From Octopus vulgaris (Eukaryota), in NCBI GenBank assembly GCA_951406725.2, contig OX597820.1:95232001-95296000 (forward strand): 64,000 nucleotides of DNA, given 5' to 3'. The notes under the pieces were generated by a model, which had not been told where the DNA came from, searched no databases, and saw nothing but the letters and a program-made list of their open reading frames with translations. Shown piece by piece: positions 23,998-34,620 of the stretch (its first letter is position 1; each line of letters starts with the position of its first letter). Both the position numbers and the translations under genes were made by a program.

Positions 23998-26287
23998 TGT
24001 AGTGTGAATGATGAAAAAGGACAACAGAAAAGGAGAAAGGAAATACAATTAGGTCTTACCTCGGCGAAGATTAGTCTACCAAAAACTCAGCGAAGATCAG
24101 ATCTCTCTCGATACGTCTCGTCCCTTCCTCGTGTGAGCTCCAACTGCCGCTTTGTCGATCCCACACCACTTCCGCATCCTGCTGCGCATGCGCCCTGCAA
24201 GCCCTATTTCCGCCCTCCCCTCATCTGTCGTCCTCTCCACCGACACCACACGCCCCCCTGATCTATAGATCACTGAACTGGCTTTCTCACTCGCTCCCCG
24301 CTCCCAAACTCGCACCTTAACTGGTTTCATAATCAGCCAACCAGGGAGGAGGGTGCCGTTCCCTCTGTGGTTGCAGTGCGACCCTAGGACTTGTTCCTGG
24401 TATGTTGCTGCTGGCCTCATCATCCTGTCTACTGGTGTTGTTTTCATCTTGCCCACTGCTGCTGGTCCCATCCTCTGAGGCATGGACAATCCTCCGTATA
24501 TCCAAAATGTGGCGTGGCATACCATCGACCGAGATGTTATTCTTTGAATTTACAGAGGGTATTGTCCCCCTTCCCCATTGTGATGTACACTGTGCGTTTG
24601 GGGGTTTTACCCAGGCGTGCTCTTCCTCTGCTCCGGGTCGCATTGATGTAGTACACAGATGCCTCCACTCGTACCTGAATATTGCCCTGTGTGACACCGA
24701 CTCCTCAGCATGTCCTGATCTGGGCGACATATTGTACCAAAATACGGCCTTGATTTGTGAAATGTGACCCCTCTTTGCCATGGTCTTGATGGTACGATGA
24801 TGCCTTTCCACCACCCCATTTCCACTTGGCCGGTATGCCGCCCTGAAGAAGCGGTTGACCTTCCACTCATCAAGCATTTCTTTCAGCACATCCAAGTGAA
24901 ATACAGTGCCATTGTCCAGAAGCAGTTCATCCACGGGGCCTCGTTCCAGGAATATCTCATTCAACACTTTCACAATTTCTTCTGTGGTCCCTGTCTTCAT
25001 CTCCCTCCATATGGCCAACCGCAATCGCTCACAACGTCAGCTGTAGTCCCTGCACTACAATCTGCGCATCTGTAACCCCTTCACAGTGTACTTCTCTTCC
25101 GTCGACAGCCCTAACATGCTTCCTCCACTCCACGTCTCTGCCACTTCTGTAGTTATCAGGGTCGTTGTATAGCCCATGTACACAAGGGCTCGCGACATCT
25201 TCCCCTCCACAGGTAGCGATGATAAGCGCACCTCTACTGATCCGAAGGGACGACTAGTGGCGCAGTAGTCTCCCACAGTCCATTTCCCCGCAGACACTCG
25301 CTGGCTATATGCCCCGGCTCTCGACACCGGTAGCAAATCACCTCAGGCTTGGGTGACAGGCAGTCACGCACCATGTGTGGACCTTGGCACCGGAAACACT
25401 GTCCTTTGAACGGTCGCACATGTTCTTTCTTTAGCCCCTCTCTGCTACTCCTAGCTGGGCCACTTTTCGATGTTGCAGTCACTGCTACCGACGTCATCCT
25501 GCTGCACGAAACTAGTACGCGTGCCCGAGATGTGATGTCTGCCATCGGCATCGAATGCACATTCGGAAGTTTCTGTAGCTCGACCGACATGTTGTCGGGA
25601 AAGCCAGTCATGAATGCCAACCTAACCGTCCGGTCCAGCGACTCTCCCTCATAACCCGCCAGTTTAGCCAGTCTTCTAAGTTCATTTGCAAACACGTCCA
25701 TCTCGTTCTACCCAGGCGAGCATATGCCTCGAACATTCCCTCCGCAAAGGCCTCCATCAACCGATTTCTACTTTCTCTGCACTGAGTTGGTCCGTCTCCT
25801 CCATCTCTAAATACAACGCCAACGCCGGGCCATCCAAGTACAGCGGCATGAAGCTCGCCAGGTCACCTATACCATGGAGCTTCGCCACCAACTTCACTTT
25901 CTTCAGCCAAGCGACTACATCTGTGTCGCCACAAAACAGTGTTATAAGTTCGTGCGAAACACGGGCACTCTTCATTATTTTTATTTATAAAACCGATTGT
26001 TTATATGCCGAAATAGCTTGTGGTGTGAATGATGAAAAAGCACAACAGAAAAGGAGAAAGGAAATACAATTAGGTCTTACCTCGGTGAAGATTAGTCTAC
26101 CAAAAACTCAGCGAAGATCAGATCTCTCTCGATACGTCTTGTCCCTTCCTCGTGTGAGCTCCAACTGCCGCTTCATCGATCCCACATGTGCGTCGTCCCT
26201 CACCGCTTCAGCGTCCTGCCGCGCATGCGCCCTGCAAGCCCTACTTCCACCCTCCCCTCATCTGTCATCCTCTCCACCGACACCACA
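23998..26287 (-). mobile_element. Gypsy LTR retrotransposon, deletion derivative (gag, partial protease, partial integrase; no RT/RNase H)
   Basis: LTRs 26019-26287 and 23998-24250 (TG...CA), TSD GATGG, PPT next to 24251, gag with two CCHC knuckles, integrase DNG...GNGVVERHHRTIK. Confidence 0.95.
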
Positions 26288-26686
26288 GATGGTTAATAAT
26301 TTCAGGTAGTGTTTCTCCACCATTTTAAAAATCTCAAGCTCCACTTCATACATGTGTGTGTACGTGTGTGTATTTGCTCGCTTGCTTCATGTTCTTGCTT
26401 GATGGGACTGGGGTCATCCCAGGCTGGTGGTCCCAGAGACATAATCTTGGGTAGATCCGACCAGGTTCAACCCCTTTGCATCTTCCAAGATGACGTTAAG
26501 CCTCCAGAGATCTTCCGTAATCACATCTTGTGTGAGGCCTCTTTCAATCCACTGCTGCTGTACCGAATGTGAGTAAGACCTGGTATGTATGCATATATAT
26601 ATATATATAAGTTCAGCAAAATTTAAATTCAGATGAATATGGTACTTAAGTTAAAGGCACCAGATTTTGTATGGTACTATCCATAT

Positions 26687-27406
26687 AAAGCTGGACCTAA
26701 GAAGCATCAGTTGTGGTGTGCAAGAGAGTCGTTTGCGCTGGTATGGTCATGTGGCGAGAATGGATGAAGATAGTTATGTGAAAAAGTGCCATACCCTAAT
26801 GGTTGAGGGAACCTGTGGAAGAGGCAGACCCAGGAAAACCTGGGACGAGGTGGTGAAGCACGACCTTCGAACTTTAGGTCTCACTGAGGAAATGACTAGA
26901 GACCGAGACCTTTGGAAGTGTGCTGTGCGTGAGAAGACCCAGCAGGACAAGTGAGACAATAACCCGGGATGTGCCAGTCCATTTATGCATACCTTTCCTT
27001 CTGGGGACACAAAACTCTACTTGTGAAGACCTGTTGAGGCAAGTGAGAATCAAAATCGATCAACATCAATGGAAATTGCAGCTGTGATACTAGTGCCGGT
27101 GGCACGTAAGAGAACCATCCGAACGTGGCTGTTGCCAGCACCACCCCGACTGGCCTCGTGCAAGTGGCACGTAAAAAGCACCATCCAATCGTGGCTGTTT
27201 GCCAGCCTCGTCTGGCACCTGTGCCAGAGGCACGTAAAAAGCACCCACTACACTCACGGAGTGGTTGGCATTAGGAAGGGCATCCAGCCGTAGAAACATT
27301 GCCAGATCAGACTGGGCCTGGTGCAGCCTTCTGGCTTCCCAGACCCCAGTTGAACCGTCCAACCCATGCTAGCATGGAAAGCGGACACTAAACGATGATG
27401 ATGATG
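26687..27406 (+). mobile_element. RTE LINE 3' end with complete 3' UTR
   Basis: RLRWYGHVARM...GRPRKTWDEVVK, stop 26954, (GAT)n tail. Confidence 0.95.
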
Positions 27407-27450
27407 GGGTGATTATAATCAAAATAAGCAACAAGGATATCCAAGGTAGA

Positions 27451-27536
27451 GTAGTACAATTGTTTCATGCTACTTCATTTTATTAAACCCTGTAAGTATT
27501 ACATCAGTTTTAAAATGTCGAGCAATCTTCAGCCAC
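27451..27536 (-). ncRNA. Minimal type I hammerhead ribozyme candidate (inverted copy)
   Basis: Reverse complement of 27625-27710 with all core and stem positions identical. Confidence 0.65.
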
Positions 27537-27624
27537 ATGTAGAATTTTTCAATTAAACGGACAATGCACATTCTTATACTTATTTCAATTTGTCATTGTC
27601 CATTTAATTGAAAAAATTCTTTAT

Positions 27625-27710
27625 GTGGCTGAAGATTGCTCGACATTTTAAAACTGATGTAATACTTACAGGGTTTAATAAAATTAAGTAGCATGAAACA
27701 ATTGTACTAC
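27625..27710 (+). ncRNA. Minimal type I hammerhead ribozyme candidate
   Basis: GTGG-CTGAAGA-tTGCT...AGCAt-GAAA-C-AATT-G-TA-CTAC: complete core, palindromic loop III, GUA cleavage site at 27706. Confidence 0.65.
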
Positions 27711-27753
27711 TCTACCTTGGATATCCTATTTGCTTATTTTGATTATATACATA

Positions 27754-28163
27754 TATATAGTCATAAATGACAGAAATATTTAGATGAATCTTTATTGATT
27801 AAAAAAAACCCAAATATCCACGACAAATTTGTTTCATAACTCAAAAAACATGTAAACAAATAATTTTGTCATACTGAATAATAAATAAATTACACATCTG
27901 AAATAGACTTTATGTTAATTTCTTTTTTTTGACATGAAATATATTTCACCTGATAATATAGCTCAAATTCTTCTGCATTATTTTGACAGACTTTTTTACA
28001 TTTCGTATTAGTGCAGACATGTAAGTAATCTATTTATTATTAAATATGATAATACAAGCTATTTACGTGTTTTTTGAGTTATGAAACAAATTTGTGATAT
28101 TTAGATTTTTTATTGTGAAATAAAGATTCATCTAAATAGAGCTCTGTCATTTATGACTATATA
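27754..28163. mobile_element. Second, older foldback element with a decayed hammerhead-like motif
   Basis: tatatagtcataaatgacag / ctgtcatttatgactatata ends. GAAAC-AAATTT-GTC on the minus strand at 27822-27835. Confidence 0.75.
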
Positions 28164-28189
28164 CACTCCTTACCTTTTCCTCTTGTATT

Positions 28190-29676
28190 ATCATCATTGT
28201 TTTACGTCTGCTTTCCCTGCTGGCATGGGTTGGACAGTTTGACTGAGGACAGGTGAGCCAGAGGCTGCAGCAGGCTCACTCTGATCTAGCAAAGTTTCTA
28301 CAGCTGGATGCCCTTCCTAACACAAACCACTCCGAGAGTGGAGTGGGTGCTTTTACGTGCCACTGGCATGAAGGCCAGTGAGGTGGTTTTGGCAACGACC
28401 ATGCTCAAAAGATGTTTTTACGTGCTACCTGCATGGGAGCCAGTCCGGCGGTACTGGCAACGACCACGCTCGAATGTTGTTTTTCACGTGCCCCCAGCAC
28501 ATGTGCTGGTAAAGTGATGCTGGCAATGATCATGCTCGAATGGTGCTTTTCACATGTCACTGGCATGGGAGCTAATCCGTGGCCCACCTGCATGGGAGCC
28601 AATCTGTGGCCCTGGCAATGATCATGCTCGGATGCACTTTTAACGTTCCACTGGCACGAGTGCCAATCAGGTGGTACTGTCATCAGCCATGTCAGCGATT
28701 TTGATTTGTTTACACTTGCCTCAATAGGTCTTCGCAAGCAAAGTTCATCATCCAATGAATGAAGGGTACTCATACGTAGGCCGGTTACACCCCACGTTTG
28801 GATGTGCTTTTAACATTCCACTGTGTATGTACACTGATGTTATACATCTAGTGGAGTATATTCGCTTCATTCCTTGCAAGCTTACGCATTTCCTCAGCAG
28901 TCACAGCCCATGATTCACTGCCATGTAGCATGGCTGTTCACACTTACTCTGAGCGAGAAACCCTTTGTCACCAGCAGAGGTAGGAGCTCTTTGAACTTTA
29001 CCCAGGCTATTCTTATTCTAGCAGCTACACTTTCAGAGCATCTTCCTAGTTAGCCTTCCTTTGACATTGCTGCACCTCTTATGTGTCCATAGCTTACACT
29101 GGGTACATCTTATTGAGTTTCTACCTATGCCTTTTCTACAGATCGAGCAGGGCCATATACCTGAAGGGATTTGTAGTTTGTCTGCCTTCCTACTTATTAA
29201 GACTTTGGTTTTAGCTAGGTTGACTCTAAGGCCCTTCGATTCTAATTCTCACTTCCACACCTGAAACTTTTCCTCTAGTTCTGATAGTGACTCAGCAATT
29301 AGAGCAAGGTCGTCAGCATAGAGGAGCTCCCAGGGGCATCCTGTCTTGAATTCCTGTTATTGCCAGGAGGACTATGATGAATAAGAGGGGGATGAGGACT
29401 AATCCTTGGTGGACCCTTGGCCATACTTGGAATTCTTCACTGTACTCATTGCCAAACCTCACCTTACTGACAGCATCCCTGTACATGGCTTGCACAGCTC
29501 TCACTAGCCATTCATCTATCCCTAGTTTACTCATTGGCCACCAGATAAGGGATCGGGGGACCCTGTCAGAGGCTTTCTCCATGTCAACGAAAGCCAGGTA
29601 CAGAGGCTAGGTATTTCTCTTGTAGCTGTCTTACCAGAAATATAGCATCAGCAGTGCTTTTCCCTGGCACGAACCA
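28190..29676 (-). mobile_element. RTE LINE 3' half with internal deletions
   Basis: Reverse complement of parts of 16080-17110 plus the 3' UTR. Confidence 0.95.
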
Positions 29677-29998
29677 TAGTTTGTATTGTACAGTGGCTCG
29701 TTAAATAGCTTTTCTATGAGTATTATCATGTGTGTGTGTGAAGGTGCATGGCCTAGTGGTTAGGCAGTTGCACTCACAATCGCTAGATTGTGGGTTCGAT
29801 TCCTAGACTGGGAGGCGCGTTGTGTTCTTGAGCAAAATACTTCACTTCATGTTACTCCAGTCCCCTTTCAATCAAGGGGGATTGTTGGCCTGCTCGCCTA
29901 ACCAGCAAGGTGGCATCATTCAATGGCCAAAACGATGTAAGGCACATTGTGACCAGCGATGTGTGACAACATGGTTGGTCACGGGACCCTCCACACAC

Positions 29999-30338
29999 AA
30001 CATGCATTTGTTAGTTCACTTCTTATTATTTATCAATTAGTTGATAATTTAGCTAGTAAATCAATTTACTAATTGATTGTTTTATTAACCATTTGGTCAA
30101 TCAATCAGCTAGGTTTGTCAAAGTTCTTAAGTCACCATTCACAACCTCATCAATGACATAGGGCATGTCATTGATGAAATCATGAATGGTGAGGAAAAGA
30201 CTCTTGACAAACCTAGCTGATTGATTGACTGATGAAATGATTAATCAAACAATCGCTTAGTTAATTGATTTACTAGTTAAATGATTAATCAACTGAAAAC
30301 TGAAAAATAAAGAAGTGAAACTAAAACAGTGCATGTGT
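29999..30338. mobile_element. Third foldback element
   Basis: tcaatcaatcagctaggtttgtcaa / ttgacaaacctagctgattgattga and central tcatcaatgacat / atgtcattgatga. Confidence 0.8.
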
Positions 30339-30486
30339 TTATTATTGGTATACTAACGTTCCAGAGATACAACAAAATCTGTTTCAACATACAAGTTCAC
30401 ATCACGAATCTTGCAAACCATTCATATAAAACGAAATCTACAAGGTGCATTTCAGAAGTTTTGTGATTATTGAAGAAAGGCAGTTA

Positions 30487-30880
30487 ACTCTTTACTCTTT
30501 ATACTTGTTTCAGTCATTTGACTGTAGCCATGCTGGAGCACCGCCTACAGTCGAGCAAATCGAGCCCAGGACTTATTCTTTGTAAGCCTAGTACTTATTC
30601 TATCGGTCTCTTTTGCCGAACTGCTAAGTTACGGGGACGTAAACACACCAGCATCGGTTGTCAAGCGATGTTGGGAGGACAAACACAGACGCACACATAT
30701 ATATATATACATATATACGATGGGCTTCTTTCAGTTTCCATCTACGAAATCTACTCACATGGCTTTGGTCGGCCCAAAGCTATAGTAGAAGACACTTGCT
30801 CAAGGTGTCAGGCAGTGGGACTGAACCCAGAACCATGTGGTTTGTAAGCAAGCTACTTACCACACAGCCACTCCTATGCC
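30487..30880 (-). mobile_element. SINE family A
   Basis: Reverse complement of 48155-48547. Confidence 0.9.
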
Positions 30881-31180
30881 TAGATTATTGTACGTTTAGG
30901 ATATCATTACCATACAGCTAATAAGTGGCCTGCCAGTGTTTTTATTCCAGATTGAAAGAGATGGCTGTAACAGCATTTTGAACACACCCTATTAAACACT
31001 ACTTGTTACAGCTGCCTAGTTTGCAGAATGATGTTGGAGCGTGAAGACAATTTGCTAGGATGAAGGCATGTTGGCAAAACACTGCTCCTCTAAATCGAAA
31101 CCTTACCTGGCACAATCATGTGATAGGTTGTACTGGGTTACATACTATCAGTAGTAATAAGAGTAATCTGATATAATGTA

Positions 31181-31622
31181 AACTAGCGGGGCCTGCGAGT
31201 AAATCATGGAATTAAGGGTAAACCTATTGGATTATTTCTGAAAACTTTATCCAAAAGACCCGAAAACGTAGCCTGTGTTGTGTCTGTACAGAAAGATAAT
31301 TGCTCATCTGCTGCTTATTGAAAAGTGAAAGAAATTGGAATATGATGATTGCTTAATGCACATTGTGGCTGTGTGGTAAGTAGCTTGCTAACCAACCACA
31401 TGGTTCCGCGTTCAGTCCCACTGCGTGGCATCTTGGGCAAGTGTCTTCTGCTATAGCCCCGGGCCAACCAATGCCTTGTGAGTGGATTTGGTAGACGGAA
31501 ACTGAAAGAAGCCTGTCGTATATATGTATATATATATATATATACCTTCAACTAACTTTTTAACCATGTAATAAATATTATGTCCTCCTTACCTCATGTC
31601 ATGGACACTTATTTCTCCTTTA

Positions 31623-31667
<45 letters not shown>

Positions 31668-32545
31668 GTGTGTGTGTGTGTTTGTCCCCCTAGCATTACT
31701 TGACAACCGATGCTGGTGTGTTTACGTCCCCGTCACTTAGCGGTTCGGCAAAAGAGACGGATAGAATAAGCACTGGGCTTACAAAGAATAAGTTCCGAGG
31801 TCCATTTGCTCGACTAAAGGCGGTGTTCCAGCATGGCCGCAGTCAAAATGACTGAAACAAGTAAAAGAGTATACACTTTACATACTTTATGCACACTTTT
31901 ATTGACTTAATACACAACATTCATAAAATAAATATTCACTCTTATTTTTCCATTTTCCCCATAAATATCCGGTACATATGATACAACCTTTATTTAAATT
32001 GCATATATCTGCCAAATAAATAAGTGTGAATATTTCACAGAATTGCACTTATGCACATGCGTTAAGTGATAGGTGATATAAAAAAAAACTTAGTTCAATT
32101 AAAAAAGCACACACTTTACACTATCCAATCACCACCACCATCACCTCTCTCTCTCTCTGCTTTTCTTTAACCTCACCATCAGAACATCACCCCTCTGCTA
32201 AAATTATACTTTTAACTCTCCTCTCTATCATCACTACCTTCAACTAACTTTTTTAACCATGTAATAAATATTATGTCCTCCTTACTTCATGTCATGGACA
32301 CTTCTTTCTCCTTTTTCTCTCTGTCTTTTTCTTTCTGTTTCACTCTTCACCTTATCCTCTTTTTCTCTCTCCCTTTCCTTTCTCTTCTCTTTCCCTTCAA
32401 CTAATCATATGAAAGCGTTACAATTACATTCCCTTTACTCCACGTCATGGATGCTTCTCTCTCCCTCTTTTTCTCTAATCACGTGAAAGCATTATCGGCG
32501 GGCTAAGTAACAGAATGACAAGCAGAATTATTAAAACATATGCAT
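31181..32545 (-). mobile_element. Possible non-autonomous Helitron/Helentron-like element with nested SINE A (31364-31871, +)
   Basis: aaCTAG end with a degenerate hairpin, internal CT-rich repeats. Boundaries approximate. Confidence 0.4.
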
Positions 32546-32574
32546 CCATGCATACACACACACACAAATTATTT

Positions 32575-33880
32575 GTACTATTTAACCAAGAACTTACCTA
32601 CATCATCCAATGAACAATGCACAAAATCATTGCTAGAGAAAATTATAGACCTTACGAAATAGGTATGGTGGAAGGTATTCTTCTATGAGTTTCCATGGCA
32701 AACTTCAGACTCAGAAGATTTTGACTTAAACTCCTGAAAGCTCCCATCTAAAATAGGACCTGGATTGTTTTGAATTGAACTTCCTGGTTCTTATACTAAA
32801 ACTATGATTCTGTAAGTATTCTAACCATTTCCAGAATAAGTTTAGATCTGACATAAAGAGTTTAAAAGATTCAAATAAGATTTGCATTTCTCTGACAAGA
32901 CCAAATATTTATATGAGGTAGATAACTGATTGAACTGTATGAACAGTTTTTATGGACAACATCATTTAGAAATGTGTGCAGGCTGACTGTCATCATCGTT
33001 TAACGTCCATTTTCCGCGCTAGCACCAGGTTCCAGTCTGATCTGGCAGTGTTTCTACAGCTGGATGCCCTTCCTAACGCCAACCACTCCATGAGTGTAGT
33101 GGGTGCTTTTTACGTGCCACCGGCACAGGTGCCAGGGGAGTCTGGCAGCGGTCACAATCGGTTGGTGCTTTTAATGTGCCACTGGCACGGTAGCCAGTCA
33201 AGGCGGCGCTGGCATCGGCCACGTTCGGATGGTGCTTTTTACGTGCCACCAGCACAGAAGCCAGTCAAGTCAAGGCAAATTCAAGCAGTGAAGCCAAAGA
33301 TTTAGCTTAAAAGTTAGATATAAATGACAGAACAGAGGCACAAGTTAATTGTAAGGCTTTGAAAGACCAGTAGGATAACTTTGCCTCCAAGCCTACATGT
33401 AGGGTGACAAACCACACAAAATCAAAGAATGGTATAGTTAGTAAGCATCTACTTTGGAATATCAATAACAGCATTAGGAAAGCTTCTGAACTTGCACAGT
33501 GGTGTAGCACAAGTGAAGTCATTACACGGGGTTCAACGGCGTCAGAAGCAAGATCAAGGGAATATTTACTCAGTTTGACAAAATGGATTTTTATCCATCA
33601 ATTTTCAAGGAGATATTAATGCAGACACAAGAGTTTACTAGAAATTTTGCTGGTATAATACACAAAGGTTATGCATATTAGGAAAACATTTCTCTTTGAT
33701 ATGGATTGAGCTTGGATCAAACAACCCTGCCTAAATGATTCCTTTGATGTGAAAGTGGGTCTGTTTGGCAGCGTTGATATGCATGTCCTGGATCACAGGG
33801 ACCTATTTATCTCATTTGGTTTATACAGGGATGACACAAAAGCTATATCTAGAGGTATTAATGGCCATATCCTAGAAATT
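32575..33880 (+). mobile_element. Penelope-like element RT relic, interrupted by an RTE tail (32990-33270, -)
   Basis: TKNLPTSS..SLLEKI..WWKVFF, SDKTKYLYE, QFDKMDFYPSI (33571-33603), SFDV, GLYRDD (33818-33835), with stops and frameshifts. Confidence 0.8.
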
Positions 33881-34245
33881 CTTCTTTAGTTTATCTAGGG
33901 CCTAGATAAACTAAAGATGGACATAAACCAAAACAGTTTGTCGCAAGAATTTTTTATTGCGAACAAAGATGCCTTTTTTTTTCTAAGGAAAGTTATCTCC
34001 TGTGCATTTGTGATGGTGAGCATGGAAGAACATCTATACATCCTGGAAACACATTTTGGAAATATATGGGCACTTCTTCATGACATGGAACTAAACAGTT
34101 TATTCAATGCTATACAAATGTCACTTTCCAGCATTTCCAGTTTTTGTCTTGGAAAACACATATTTCTTGGCAAAGTAAATATTTTCTCTTTATGTTACAA
34201 TGCAGAAGCATGTAAAATCTCTGGTATTCTGTTATTTAACATTAT

Positions 34246-34620
34246 GAGTGGCTGTGTGGTAAGTAGCTTGTTTACCAACCACATGGTTGCGGGTTCAGTC
34301 CCTCTGCGTGGCACCTTGGGCAAGTGTCTTCTACTATAGCCTCGGGCCGACCAAAGCCTTGTGAGTGGATTTGGTAGACGGAAACTGAAAGAAGCCCGTC
34401 GTATATATGTATATATATGCGTGTTTGTGCTTGTCCCCCTAGCATTGCTTGACAACCGATGCTGGTGTGTTTATGTCCCCGTCACTTAGCGGTTCGGCAA
34501 AAGAAACCGATAGAATAAGTACTGGGCTTACAAAAGAATAAGTCCCGGGGTCGAGTTGCTCGATTAAAGGCGGTGCTCCAGCATGGCCGCAGTCAAATGA
34601 CTGAAACAAGTAAAAGAGTA
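34246..34620 (+). mobile_element. SINE family A
   Basis: Same sequence as 48155-48547. Confidence 0.9.

Larger units (their letters stand above)
27414..27747. mobile_element. Foldback element with a hammerhead motif in each arm (inverted Penelope pLTR or retrozyme-like)
   Basis: Arms 27414-27566 and 27594-27747 are near-perfect reverse complements. Confidence 0.8.

Noticed and set aside
30518-30921. Recurrent short ORFs such as CKPSTYSIGLFC and LQLDALPNANHS
   Set aside because: Translations of SINE A and RTE 3' UTR copies repeated throughout the window.
33917-34339. 140 aa + strand ORF
   Set aside because: Starts in the palindrome arm and ends inside a SINE; no recognisable domain or splice context.
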